Assembly: GCA_010909165.1 (NCBI GenBank)
Contig: MU008185.1
Location: 186,001 to 250,000, forward strand
From: Anthoceros angustus
Taxonomy: Eukaryota; Plantae; Anthocerotophyta
DNA length: 64,000 bases
Direction of reading: 5' to 3'
This document shows positions 10,681 through 24,250 of this stretch, one piece after another. The notes beneath the pieces were generated by a model, which made no database searches, was not told the origin of the DNA, and was given only the letters and a program-made list of their open reading frames with translations. The translations under genes and the position numbers were made by a program. How positions within the stretch are numbered: the first letter of the stretch is position 1; each line of letters starts with the position of its first letter.

Positions 10681-13600
10681 GTTTGTAGGGGCACATAAAT
10701 AAGGCCAAAAAGGTTTTACATGTTGTATACAAAGCGAATGTGGGAACATAACATCAACCAACAAATGATTTTCAAAATAACACGATAAACCTTCAAGAAT
10801 ATACAAACCCCTCTTGATTGTTGGTGACCTCTTGACAAAGATCACACCTTTCGAAACTATGTTTTTCCAACGCTTTGTAATGATATGTCCACCCTTGTCC
10901 GATGGATCCCATGTTGGAAACGGTTTACGCCTGCTCCATGTGTGCATGTAATAATGACTGGTTGGCCGGGCGTTAGTTGGACCTCGTGTGGTGACCACAT
11001 GGGTACTCGAGACCCCTCGAAAGTGTTTTTTGTTTTGTGTTTAAGTTGTGAGAATCGTGTGGAGTTGGAATGTGAAGTAGGTTAGGAAATAAGAAAAGTC
11101 TACTAGAGCCTAGTAGGAGGAAGAGAGTCTAGTCCCGATCCGACGGAACCTTGGAGGGTTGGGCTCGACCGTTGCTAGCTGTTGCTAGGGCCGTTGATAG
11201 CAGGACTGTTGCTATGACAACAACAGGAGCTGTTGCTATGGTAGCAACCAAGTCGGAGTTATTTTCCGATAAATTCGGAAAACCTATTTGGGCGAAATCA
11301 CGAAATACCGGGAAGTAGAGGAACATGGAGGTACTTGATCCATGCCTTGACCGGATCCTACCTATGGGTTGGACTCTTATGGAGGAGACTTTCACCGACC
11401 CATCCGATTCAAGAGCTCACCGAGGAGGAGTACTGAGGCTATGTTGCGAGCACAAGAGAGGGAGGAGTCCTCGAGGAGGTGGAGATTTTGTGGGAGAGTT
11501 TGCCCAACCAGCCAAGAGGGAGGAGAGCAGAGGAGAGCATGGGGCTAGGAGGCCTAGAGAGATAATAGGGGTAAGTGACCACGAAATAGGCATGTGCCCA
11601 TGTGCTATAGATGGTAGAAATCTTATCTTCTCTCTTAGTGGACAATTAAGAGATAGGCCTCTAGGACTGGTAGGCTAAGACCGATTGGTATTTTTGGCAA
11701 GCCAAGCTATTTCAGGTCACTTACCCCTATTATCTCTCTAGGCCTCCTAGCCCCATGCTCCTCTTGCTCTCCTCCCTCTTGGCTGGTTGGGCAAACCTCC
11801 CACAAAATCTCCACCTCCTCGTAGGACTCCTCCTCTCTGTGCTCGCAATAGCCTGTACTCCTCCTCGGTGAGCTCTTGAACTCGGATGGGTCGGTGAAAG
11901 TCTCCTCCATAAGAGTCCAACCCATAGGTAGGATCCAAAGGCCAAGGCATGGATCAAGTACCTCCATGTTCTCACATTCCCCTGCATTTCCTCGTGATTT
12001 CGCCCAAATAGGTTTCCGAATTTATCGGAAAATAACTCCGACTTGGTTGCTACCATAGCAACAGTTCGAGTTTGTTGTCATATAGCAACAGTCCTGCTAG
12101 GCCCCTAGCAACGCGTAGCAACCCGAGTACCAACCCTCCAAGGTTCCCCAGTGATCGTGACTAGACTCTCTTCCTCCTACTAGGCTCTAGTAGACTTTTC
12201 TTATTTCCTAACCTACTTCACATTCCAACTCCACACGATTCTCACAACTTAAACACAAAACAAAAAAAACACTCCTTTTCGAGGGGGTCTGAGTACCCAT
12301 GTGGTCACCACACGAGGGTCCAACTAACGCCGGCCAACCAGCGTCCGTTTATTACATGCACACATGGAACAGCGTAAACCGTTGTTTCCAACATGGGATC
12401 CATCGGACAAGGGTGGACATACGTCACAAACGTTGGAAAAACATAGTTTCCAGAAAGGTGTGATCTTTGTCAAGAGGGTCCACCAACAACCGAAGAGGGT
12501 TTGTATATTCCCCCCCTTGAAGGTTTATCGTATATTTTGAAAATCATTTGTTGGTTGATGTTATGTTCCCACATTCGCTTTGTATACAACATGTAAAACC
12601 TTTTTGGCCTTATTTATGTGCCCCTACGAAACATGATATCTTTCGAAGGGGTGAATATTCAATGAAGAGGGTTTTGTGACATATATCCTCCAAGGGGTTT
12701 CACATGGGCATGAACTCCCACTTTTGGGGTATGGGTCAATTACTGAGAAAAGAAGGGTGACAAATCGCATGAACCAAAGTGATAGAAGATCCATTCAACG
12801 CCGGAAGGGTTATGGTGTTAGAGTTACCTCAATTGGTCCGATTTAAGACCCATGACAAAGGCCATTGCCGGAATTGCCGGGTCTTTTCCGTGGAGGAAAA
12901 ATGAAATCTACAAAAGAAGGGTGATGAAACTTTGAGGACAGCTGACTACCGGGCGCAGGTATGAAAGCAGTTTGAGAGGAAGGACGCCGGCCGGGCCCTT
13001 CCCCCATGCCGATGATCCTTGCGAATGGCGTGCCTTAACTGGTTTGATTTGAAAAGACTTGATTGGGGTGGGGATGGCTTCGCCTCAATTGTGGTCGCAA
13101 ATATATTGACCGCTCAGCCCCCCCGCACATGAAATGAACTTAGTCGGAAACTAGTTCCCGCCGCCATGACGCAGAGGAACATGCCCGCCTGCTCAACGAT
13201 GATGCCTTACATTATGCCGCAATGCCGATGTCGGCCTCGGCCACAATCCCACGTGTCCTTCTCTATGGTAAGCACAAACTCTTGAAAATGGAAGATAATA
13301 TGTATGACAGTCTACAACTTTTCATAGAGGATAGCCACAACCAAAAGCCATGCATGGGCGACATACTATTCGAAATGTGCATCGCATACATTGTGCACCG
13401 CAAACCATGGAATAGAGCATGACGACAACCTCATCAATTGCCCTACGAAATGATGATCATTCGAGTGTTTCCTACTCTTCGCCCGACTCCACGCCTTCAT
13501 CTGGCCCAGATCCCGACCATCCTCTTCACGCTCGGTTGCACTTTGACTCGTTGAATAAACCTCGCAATTCAATTAACTTATCTTTTATGGCCTTCTTATC

Positions 13601-13829
13601 CACAACAGACAAATGTTTCCGCAGGCTGAACCCATAATAGAGGATGACTGCTTGGTGAACAAAAACTTGTTGGATATTCTTCGACGGATAGCCTTCGCCT
13701 GCCTCCCCGAAGTTGCTTCCCTACCGCCATCCCTCCGATTATATATTCTTCCACGCACTCCCTTCATACGCATCTGTGTTCGCCTGCACTAATGAACAAG
13801 GAAGTGAGGCTCGTGCATGTAGTTCAACA

Positions 13830-16100
13830 CAAGTCACCTTGCCAATCCAAAAGGGCCTATTTTATGGTTTGCGCTGGAACCGCAACTAACATTCCCGCTT
13901 TATTTCGCGATATCACCATTCAACCGTGACATTTCTTGTTGTTGCCTCCCAGATTTTGGTATGCTCCCAAATACATATCTCGCTAGGGAGCTCCTCAAGA
14001 ATGCCTCCTCCAAAAAGGCTTCATCCGAATAGGTTGGGTGGTTTTGCACTTCAGATCCGTACCACCTCCAAGGTTTGTGTAGCAAAGGCCAATGTTGTTT
14101 TCCACAATAATAAAGAATCTCCTCCGGTCCACCCGTAAAGCTTCCCACCATAAAACTCCCCGATGTCACATACGGCCTAAGTTCGCAAGACCTTTAGATG
14201 AGCAACGGCAGCTTGGAGATAATATCATGTGGCTTCCTTTTTATCCCTCGACCGCGGTCGTCAAGGCGCTTTATTATAGTGTCCAAGGCACGAATTTCAA
14301 AACTCCAAACCCCTTCGCTTCCCAATCGAGGCGAGGTCGAGCTTGCTCGATCATCGTTACAAAACCCACGGCCGCTTTTTCTTCACGTGTTATTTTTGAA
14401 CGTGCCGGAACGATAGGTTGTTCGCTTAACCGCCGCCCATAATCGAGTCCTCTCTCGCCTTGTGTAATGGGCCACACATATGACCAAGTCGGCCACTACC
14501 AATACCTTGACCTCGTGTAGGCGTACGCTGCACCAGATCTCGACAATGCGGAAGCGTGAGCTTTTTATGTTTCAAGCTTTTGGAGAAGCAAGAAAACATC
14601 CGTCGATTTGATCATGAGTATGTCCGACCAAAAGGAATCCCACTTTCACTTTTCAAAAGTACCCATATCAACAAGCATGTTCGATAAGCAAAAGCTGGTT
14701 CTTATTCTCCCCGCATGTGTTGTCCAACCGCAAGTACAAAACTCTTGGCGGACACCGTAGTTATGTATAACGTCCGAATAATGGTGATCGTAAGATTCGC
14801 TGCTCCGCAAATTCGCATAATGCAAATAGGCTCTAGCTTTAAGCGATAGTTGTGAATCATGCACCCAACCACGTGGATCGAAATACACTCTCTACGAGGT
14901 TTTTCGCCACCGGAGAAGATGAGGTATCTCGCTTTTTGGTCCATTCCATCAATTGATAGCAGATATACTTATGTGGCTCCACATAGCTCTTGCTCCCCGT
15001 GTTTAGCCATCATTGCTCGGTGGAGCCGCACACGATGTGCTTCCAAGGCAACCGGTATTGTGCCAAAACGAACATCATAATCAGCAACAAAAAGACCCCC
15101 ATCATCGCCCATCCCGCCCGACTTTGCAGAGAACCATCCAACCTATACAAAAGCGTTGTAAGACGCCTACTAACATTCATGCAACAAGAAGGGGGCCACG
15201 GGCCGCGCCTTCTCGCTACGGGCGGATGATTTGGGAGGGGTTCGAATCATCATAAGCAGGTTGCAGGCGCCGGCGCCGCGCCTGTGCGCCCAACCTGGGA
15301 GGCTGTCTCGCCGGGCCCGGCCGCCGGCGCCCAGAGCGGCCGCCCGCCGAGGGTTGGAAGCATTGGGCAGTGCACATGAATCGATCATGTAAGAAGACAA
15401 GAAGGGTACATCCGGTGCCGATGATAGGCAAGGCATTCAACAACTGGAGGAACAAGCACATGAAAGAAACATCGGTGCAATTTACCTTGATCTTGCTTGT
15501 GCTTTGTATTTTATAGTGCTCTTCAGCCCGCGAGCATGTTGAAAACTGCTGGACTTCGGATTTTACCTGGGAAGTTGCTTCTCCACGCTTTTAAGAACCA
15601 TGGATACTACATAGCGATGCCGTAGCCAGACCGACGCTTGTACAACGCCCATATTTCCAACTTTGTATACGTGTCGGGTAGATTAAATACTTCCAAATTA
15701 GGAAGCCGCTCGCCATAAACATAAAAGCATTGTCCATCCAAGAAATGGCATCAAGCGATAAGTAGATTGTGCCTTCGGTTTGGTCCGAAACCATCCCAAG
15801 GGGATTCCAGAAGACTCGCCTTTAGCTCCTCATACCTCTTGTGCCCAAGGCAATACACTCTTTGAAAGCCTTCAGCAGACAAGAGTCGCCTCCCATGAGA
15901 TGTGTGGCGCGACTTTGATGGACACCGGCCGCATAATCCCGATCGTTGTAGGAAGGAGTCCGCTCCCAAGGGAATGGTCTCAGTTTATTCTCGCTCGAGC
16001 TCCTAAAATTTATCGCCCGAACGGACTTCATCGTTGGGTCCCATGCCCACAACCCTAAGTGTGTGCCCTCAACTCTCTGACCAGCGCCAGCCCACGGACC
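13830..16100 (-). mobile_element. Inverted second copy of the transposase
   Basis: Reverse complement of 7289-9560; GHTHDQ codons at ~14610-14635 and MDQKAR in ORF 14702..14944. Confidence 0.75.
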
Positions 16101-19100
16101 TTCCCACAAACCCCGCCTGGATTTCTCAAGACTACCGGAGTGTTTAACGACGCTGCTCCTTCGCCCACGACTTAGCGCCCTCAACTCGTCCGCCACAACT
16201 CCACCTCAACACACACGCCAGAACTCACCCTTCTCCCTTATCCATTCCCGCCTAGTAGTCACAACACCAACACATGGCTGTATTCACAGCCGCTTTGCCC
16301 TCCTACCGCTCACGCTCATGGAGAAGTAGCTTGCACTGCATCCCCGCTCCAAAGCAGCCTCCAAGGATGGCTTCCGCACAGAAGTCACCCCTAAGCGCCT
16401 CCTAATCCTCCTACGCCCACTGCTCATGGAGAAGTGGCCTGCAGCATCCCCACGCCTCCGCTCCAGCAGCCTCCAAGGATGGCTCAGCAGTCACCCCAAG
16501 CGCCTCTAATCCCCTCCTACGCTCAGAAGTGGCTTCAGACTGCATCCCCTGCCCAGCAGCCTCCAAGGTTAGTCTCGCACCCGAGAAATCACCCAGCACC
16601 TCCCGAGCTCGTCCGATCCCGGCCTCGCACCCATCAAGCGTGTTGAGCTCGTCACCGAGCTCTAAACACATCCTCTACCACCAATTAATCCCGTGACGGT
16701 GACGCAGAACTCACTCCTCCTCGAGCACTAAGGCAAGAGCACGAGCCAAGATGGTACCCGGATAGTCCGCCTTGGACGCCAGCCTTCCTATATACTCTAC
16801 CCCTAACCTAACCCGCCTATGTATGTATCCTAACCTCGCTATGTATGTACCCTAACCCTGGTCGTGTAACCACGGATTTAGCTCATCACGCTACGACTTC
16901 TGCACCACCCCGCCAAACAAGAGATCCATGCCAGCGATGCCCACCAAACTAAACCACCACCACCTGGCCGGACTCACGACTGACCACCACTCCGGGACCT
17001 CTCGGACGGACCACCCGCCTGACCGACCTGACCATCCTGACCGCCCGGACGGACCACTGACCGCCTCGAGACTGACCGCCCGACGGACCACTGCTCGACC
17101 GCCGACGGACCACTGCTGACCGCCTCGGACGGACCAATCACGGACCTCGCCCGACGGACCACCGACCTCCTCCTGACGGACCACTTGACCGCCCCGACCT
17201 ACCGCGACCCCGCCGACCTGACCACTGGCCTGACCGCCGACCAATTCGCCTGACCGGACGGACCCTCCGTCGGACCGCCCGGACCCCGCCTCGGACCGCC
17301 CGGACGGACCATCGGCCGACCGCCCTGACCACTCACGCCTGACCGCCCGACGACCACTCCTGACCTCCAACGGACCGAGGGTCTAGGGATTGCACCAGTG
17401 CAATCCGCCAAAATGGCCTTATTGGCTAACTCCTCCCTATCCCTCTTAACAACGACCCAAAACAAAACAAGCCTAAGACAAGTCGCCAAGAGTACGGACA
17501 TCGGATTTGGCACTCCACATACTCCCTTCTCATCTCTGGCGGCCCGCCAACACCCTGCTTCCGCCTCCGCTTGACGCCCTTCGCCTTTTACTACCTCCTC
17601 GTGTCGCAAGTCCAGCAACATTGTCATCCTTTTACCAAGAGTCCTCCGAGGATGAGCCTCCTCCGAGGTTGATGTGCCCTCCCCGCCTGCCCATCTTCTT
17701 TCTCCCTTTGAGCATGCCGGGCCTTAGATTCGCACCCCTCCCGGCCCCTGCATCCTCCCTACTCAGATACTCCACAACCGCCCGACCATTACACCCATCC
17801 ACAACCGCAACTGGTCCATTCTACTCCTACCTACTAACTCAGCAAGAAATTACAACACTATTCCCAAGAACGGCTAAAATGTGGCGCGACTTTCGATGGC
17901 CACCGCTACAGACAATCCTGCGTCGTTGTAAGGAAGGAGTCCGCTCCAAGGGAATGGTCTCGTGCTTATTCTCGCCTCGAGTTTACAAATTATCGCCTGA
18001 ACGGACTTCATCGTTGGGTCCGCGGCTCCACAACCTAAGTGTGTGCTCCTCCACAACTCTTGGACCAAAGCGCCAGCCCACCGGACCTTCCCACAAACCC
18101 CCGGATTTCCAAGATTAATGAATAAGTTTAACGACGCTGCCCTTCGCTGCCCACGACTCCAGCGCCTGGCCTCCTCAACTCGTCCGCCACAACTCCACCT
18201 CAACACACACGCCTGTAACCTACCCTTCTCCTTATCCATTCCCGCCTAGTAGTCACACACCAACACGCTGATGTATTCACACCAGCGCTTTGTTTCCCCG
18301 CTTCACGCTCATGGAGAAGTAGCTCACCGCAACCCCACAGCCTCCGTTCCAGCCTCCAAGGATGGCTTCCGCCCAGTCACCCCAAGCGCCCTAATCCCCT
18401 CCTACCGCTACGCTCATGGAGAAGTGGCTTCACCGCATCCCCACACCTCCGCTCCAGCAGCCTCCAAGGATGGCTTCACCAAAGAGTCACCCCAAGCGCC
18501 TCCTAATCCTCCTACCGCTTCACGCTCATGGAGAAGTGGCTTCAGCACTGCATCCCCACACCTGCTCCAAAGCCTCCAAGGTTAGTCTCGCACCGAGAAA
18601 TCACCGCGAGCACCTCCTCGAGCTCAGTCCGACCCGGCCCCGCACTCAAGCGTGTTGGCGGAGCTCACACCGAGCTCTAAACACATCCCTCTACCACCAA
18701 TTAATCCCGCATGGTGACGCAGAACTCACTCCGCCTCGAGCACAAGGCAAGAGCACACTGAGCCAAGATGGTACCCGGGATAGTCCGCCGCCTTGGACGC
18801 CAGCCTTCCTATATACTCCCATACCCTAACCTAACCCGCCTATGTATGTATCCTAACCCCGCTATGTATGTACCCTAACCGGTCGTGGTAACCGGACGTA
18901 GCTCATCATCGCTACGGACTTCTTGCACCACCGCCTCGCCAAACAAGAGATCCATGCCAAAGTATGCCCACCAAACTAAACCACCGGCCAGACCACTCCG
19001 GACCTGCCGGGCAGACCACTCTTCCTCATTCCCTTCACTAGTCTAGTACTCACCTTGTGTTTTGAGTTTTCGTGTGTTGGAGGTCGGGTGTTTGGGAGAA

Positions 19101-20559
19101 GAGGCGGGAGCCCGTGTGTGAGAGAAGACAAGGCGGGAGCCTGTGTGTGGAGGAGAAGTCAAGGAAAGTCAAGTGAGTTGAGGCCGTGGGCTTGTGTGTT
19201 TGGAAAATGAGAGGAAAAGTGAACTGTGAGAGAAGTGGAGAATCTGGACATGGAGAGTTGCTGATTGGCTGTTTGAGAGGAGTAAGAAGGACTGGAGAAG
19301 TCTGTAAGTGATGTTTGTGTTCTGAAGAAGAGTGAGTGGAGGTTGAAGATCCGTGAGTGGATGAGACGGAATGATTGCGGAGGTAGCTGAACAAGTATTT
19401 TGAGAGTTGGTGTGCTGTAAGGGCCTGGATGAGAACCTTGTAAGGACTGAGAGGTCTGTGGTCTGAAAGTGGAGATTGAATGGGGCGTGAGGTGTGAGAA
19501 CAAGGAGAGTTGAAGAGAGTTCTTTGGGAGACTTGGAGTGTGGGGAGGGGAGAGGCACCTCAAGGGGGCTGAGAGCCTGGAGAGGTATGGAGCTTGGAAG
19601 GTGAGCTGAAAAAGGAGGAGAGACAAGTCTGAAGTCTTGCAAGAGAAAGGGGTAGTTGTGTGAGTGCAACCCTTTATCTGTGAGTTGTCCTAGGTTTAGG
19701 TTTAGAGATTAGGGTTAGGGCCTGCTTAGGTTGTCCATAAATAGTGTGTGGAAAAGGTGGTGGCTAACTCGATTGGTGGATCTAACTTTGTGGATAGATA
19801 AGAGAGAGGGTGTCCAACCTTATCCACTTGGATCCCCAAGTGGGTCCCACCCTTCTATTAATAGCGGACTGATCCCAAGGTGGACCCCACTCACTGCTAA
19901 AAAGAGGGTGGTTGCTAAGATAGCAAGATGCGTTGCTAAGGTATAGCGTGGCTAAGATAGCCACAGTGCAGTGTTGTTAGGATAGTAGCACAGTGCATGC
20001 TAGATGTTTGGTGTCTCGTGTTTGGTTGGATTGGCTATGTTTTGGTTGTCTTGACACGAAATCACTCCCTTGAGTGCAGATCTCAAGTCTACAACGATAA
20101 AGAGGGTAAATGTGGCCTCTTTGTGACACTTGGTTTAGAAAATCACTCCACACCTCGTCAGCAATGGTCCATAATGTAGGAAGGAAATTAAATTTCCCAC
20201 TTCAACGTTTTTTTCACCTAACTATCACGGTGGCCATTCTTGATACCTCTCCACCACAAAACTTATCGTTTTAGTACCGTCAGAAAATATAAAGGCGTCT
20301 ACAATGGATCATTGGGAGGACTCAATGCGACTCGTCTCTGTCACATAGTCTAAGACAACCGCTAGGTTTCTAATCGCTCTACTTCTTAAGTCTTCAAATT
20401 CGTCATTTTCTTCCAAGGCCTTCGTCTTCGGCACATCACACTTGGGTGGTCACCGGGAGGCAGTGCCATACATCATCAACGTTTGCGCCCATCTTCCAAA
20501 AGTTCACTGTTGTAAATGCAACCTCCACGGCACTCAATGAAACAACTTGTGCCCTTGAG

Positions 20560-21960
20560 GACTATCTTTTCTGATACATACCTCCTTTGCGGAAGCTGAA
20601 GGTCTTACGATGCGGTTGAAATGTAAGCTCTTCCTACGCATGGAAGGACCTCATAGCCATGTATTCGTTGAGGAATGTACCACCGCACATCTCAATCTGC
20701 CTCAAGCGCAATGCGATTAAATATGAGGACTGACAAGTGTGGTGGTCCTGGCGCACGCATGCATCAAGAACCCGGTCCCTTCTTTTGAGAAGGTCCTTAT
20801 AAGTTTCATAAGAAGACCAAGTGGGCGTTGATAAGGGCATACCACCCTTTGTCATTCGGCAATAGACCTTTCTTCACCATAGTGGCGTATCCTATAACCG
20901 ACCTCCCATTGTTGAACGTAACACGATATCTTTCGAAGGGTGAATATTCACGAAGAGGGTTTTGTGACATATATCCTCGGGGTTTCACATGGGCATTGAA
21001 CTCACTTTTGGGGTATGGGTCAATTAAAGGAGAAAAGAAGGGTGACAATTCGTATGAACCATTGATAGAAGATCCATTCAACGCCGGGTTATGGTGTTAG
21101 AGTTAACCTCAATTGGTCGCATTTAAGACCCATGACAAGGCCATTCTGCCGTTTTGCGGTCTTTTCGACAAAAATGAAATCTACAAAAAAGAAGGGTGAT
21201 GAAACTTTGAGGACGGTGACCGGCGGCGGTATCAAAGCAGTTTGAGAGGAGGGCGCCGGTGGCGTCCTCTCATGCCGATGATCCCTTGCGAATGGCGGCG
21301 GTAGCGGGCCTTTAGTCGGTTGGTTGAAAAGACTTGAGATTGGGGTGGGGATGGCTTCCATGTCTCAATTGTGGTAAAATATATTCACATGCTTTAGTCC
21401 CCATCGCAATCGATGAACTTAAAAGTGTCGGAAACTAGTTCCGCCGTCATACGCGCAGAGGAACATGCCAACGGCTCATCGTGTGTTGCCTTTCATTATG
21501 CCGCAATGCGGCCTATCACACTCCACATGTCCTTCTCAATGGTATGGACAAACTCTTGAAAATTGGAAGATATTATCTATGTCAAGTCTACAACTTCTCA
21601 CAGAGGATAGCCACCACAATCCTATCATGGGCGTAGATACTATAGAATACCTTTGCTCACGGAATGCCGGCAAGTGCTTTGTCATCAGTGTTTCCTACTC
21701 TTCGACTCCACGCCATCATCTTATTTGGGCCGGCATCATGACCATCCTCTTGTCCTCGGTTGCACTTTGACTCTGGTTGAATAAAGCCTCGCAATTCAAT
21801 TAACTTATCTTTTATGGCCTTCTTATCCACAGTACAAATGTTTCCAGTAGTCTGAACCCATAATAGAGGATGACTGTTTGGTGAACAAAAACTTGTTGGA
21901 TATTCTTTGATGGATAGCCTTGCCCCGTCTCCCGAGTTGCTCCTGCTTGCCATCCCTCGA
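20560..21960 (-). pseudogene. Beta-class N4C/N6A DNA methyltransferase-like gene MTase-2, most complete copy, frameshifted
   Basis: Minus strand from 20842 reads VCPYQRPLGLLMKLIRTFSKEG / DRVLDAC / ..TTTLV / NRIALEAD, matching the HPxQKPxxLxxxLIxxxSxxGDxVLDxxxGSGTT...hhhE pattern of N6_N4_Mtase enzymes. Upstream TFNNGRSVI and downstream EELTF...KGGMYQ are shared with MTase-1. Confidence 0.7.
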
Positions 21961-23199
21961 TTAAATATTCTTCCACCCTCCTTCATACGCATCTGTGTGT
22001 TGATTCTGTACCAATGAACAAGGAAGTGAGGCTGTGCATGTAGTTAACACAAGTCACCTTCCCAATCCAAAAGGGTCTATTTTGCGTGTCGTATGAGGCA
22101 ACTAACATTCCCTTTATTTCTGCGATATCACCATTCAACCGTGACATTTCTTGTTGTTGCCTCCCAGTTTTGGTATGCTCCCAAATACATATCTCGTTGT
22201 GGGAGCTCCTCGAATGCCTCCTCCGGTGCTTCATCCGAACATGCTGAGGTTGTGCCTTCCACTTGATCGTACCACCTCCAAGGTTAGTCTCGACCCGAGA
22301 AATCACCCGAGCACCTCCTCCAGTCCCATCCGTCCCCACCCATCAAGCGTGTTGGCGGAGCTCGCCACCGAGCTCTAAACACATCCTCTACCACCAATTA
22401 ATCCCGCATGACGCAGAACTCACTCCCTCCTCGAGCAGGAAGGCAAGAGCACGGAGCCAAGATGGTACCCGGATAGTCTGCCCTTGGACGCCAGCCTTCC
22501 TATACTCCCATACCCAACCTAACCCGCCTATGTATGTATCCTAACCTGCTATGTATGTACCCTAACCCCGGGTCGTGGTAACCGGGACGTAGCTCATCAC
22601 CGCTACCGGACTTCTTGCACCACCGCCTTCCGCCAAACAGAGATCCATGCCGCGATGCCCACTCAAACTAAACCACCCGGCCACTCCACCTGCCGGATTA
22701 CCGGACGGACCACTCCACGACCTCCCCGGACGGACCACCGCTACCCTCGCCTGACGTGACTACCTGTCGGACCCACGACCACTCGGACTCGCCCCCGGAC
22801 GGACCACGCCTGGACCGCCCGGACGGACCACTCACGGACCCTCGGACGGACCACCCGCCGGACCTCGCCCGGACGGACCACCTGGCCGGACCTCGCCCGG
22901 ACGGACCACTCGTCGGACCTCGCCCGACGGACTAATCAGACCGCTCGGACGGACCATCTGCCTCGCCAGACCCTGACGGACCACCGGCTTCTGACCGCCC
23001 AGACCAAAGTCTAGGGATTTAATCGGCGTAATAAATGCTTTTATTGGCTAACCTCCTATCCCTCTTAACCGTTGACCCAAAACAAAACAAGCCTAAGACA
23101 AGTCGCGAGTACGGACATCAGTTTGGCACTCCACAAGATGTGTGACCGCTTTCCTTCTATCCCGTGCACTCCATCGGCAGAACAGGCGAAGAAATGTCT

Positions 23200-24250
23200 C
23201 TGTTCGCCTCCCCATCCGAAAGCGGTATCATTGCACGAAATCGCTCTTTGGTCGCTTGCAAACACATGTTGTTGCAACAAGGCTTCTTGAAATCTGCAAG
23301 CATTGTCTCCCTTCACTTTTGTCAACGACACTCACCGCGTCTCGGCATGATAGAGTACTTGCGGTTGTCGGGGCCTTCAAAGTCTCACTTAGAGGCTTGG
23401 ATGGAAGGATTGAGAGGCATCGGTGTGGAGTGGGAATCGTCGTCCCCAGGGCCTTCATCATCCGGTGAGTGGCGAGCAACAATATCCTCATGAAACAAAC
23501 CACGGCGTGGAACCATCGATGTCTCCCAGGGAAGGTCACGAGACATTGGGAACGAGAGAACGGCGTTTGGATGGCTTCCTCCAAAGCGACATAGCGATGC
23601 AAATTCCTAGGTGTTCGAGGACACCTCGCGGGACATTTGGCGGCGACAAATGTCGGCGTTTTCGTCTGCTGCAAGAGCAATGTCCGAATATTGAGGGATC
23701 ACACCATGTGGATTTTCACATATCGTCAATTATAATCGAAGGGAAGAACCTTCATCATCGTTCTTACAATGGCAAAAGCGCACCACGGCGGTGTGCGATG
23801 TCGTGATGTGGCGGCCTTTGGACCTCCTCCCTTCTCTTGTTTTCGGTGAAGCACGAGGACATTGGGAAGGCAAGTCTTGATCCCAAAGATGATCACGATG
23901 GCCGATGAGCCCACAATGAACTTAGAACTTAGAATCAAAACAAACCGCAAGGAAAGCGTAAGCTGATGCGGGGCGAAGAACTCAAACCTCTTGTCCTTCC
24001 GGTGTGTGAGGCGCAACATTGTATGCCCTCTCGTTCAAGAACCTTGCGGCGCCCTCGCCGTGGGGCGAGGCGAGATTTGAAGGAAGTTGCATGCGAATGG
24101 CGGTGTGTGCCTTACAAGGCATATCGCAAATATAGGAAGGACATTATTTCTCTCTGTCGTTACGACATCATGAAGGTCTATCAGTGAGAGGTATCCAACG
24201 GTGCATCGCGCCGTCATGCCTTTTTATGGTCGACAATTATGTTGCCCCGG
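23200..24250 (-). pseudogene. JmjC/cupin-like 2OG-Fe(II) dioxygenase candidate, frameshifted
   Basis: CLVTFPGRHRWFHAVV (His in 23501-23515) resembles the JmjC P..WxHaV strand; an H-R-D motif is encoded at rc 23892-23900 in a shifted frame between FIVG and NVLVLH...GGPK. Confidence 0.45.

Larger units (their letters stand above)
4872..18430. repeat. Giant fold-back: arms ~4872-11590 and ~11706-18430 with a ~115 nt spacer
   Basis: taggggtaagtgacc (~11567) versus ggtcacttaccccta (~11715); matching segments along the whole arms (8760 vs 14640, 6520 vs 16780, 5880 vs 17400). Copies differ mainly by small indels. Confidence 0.95.
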
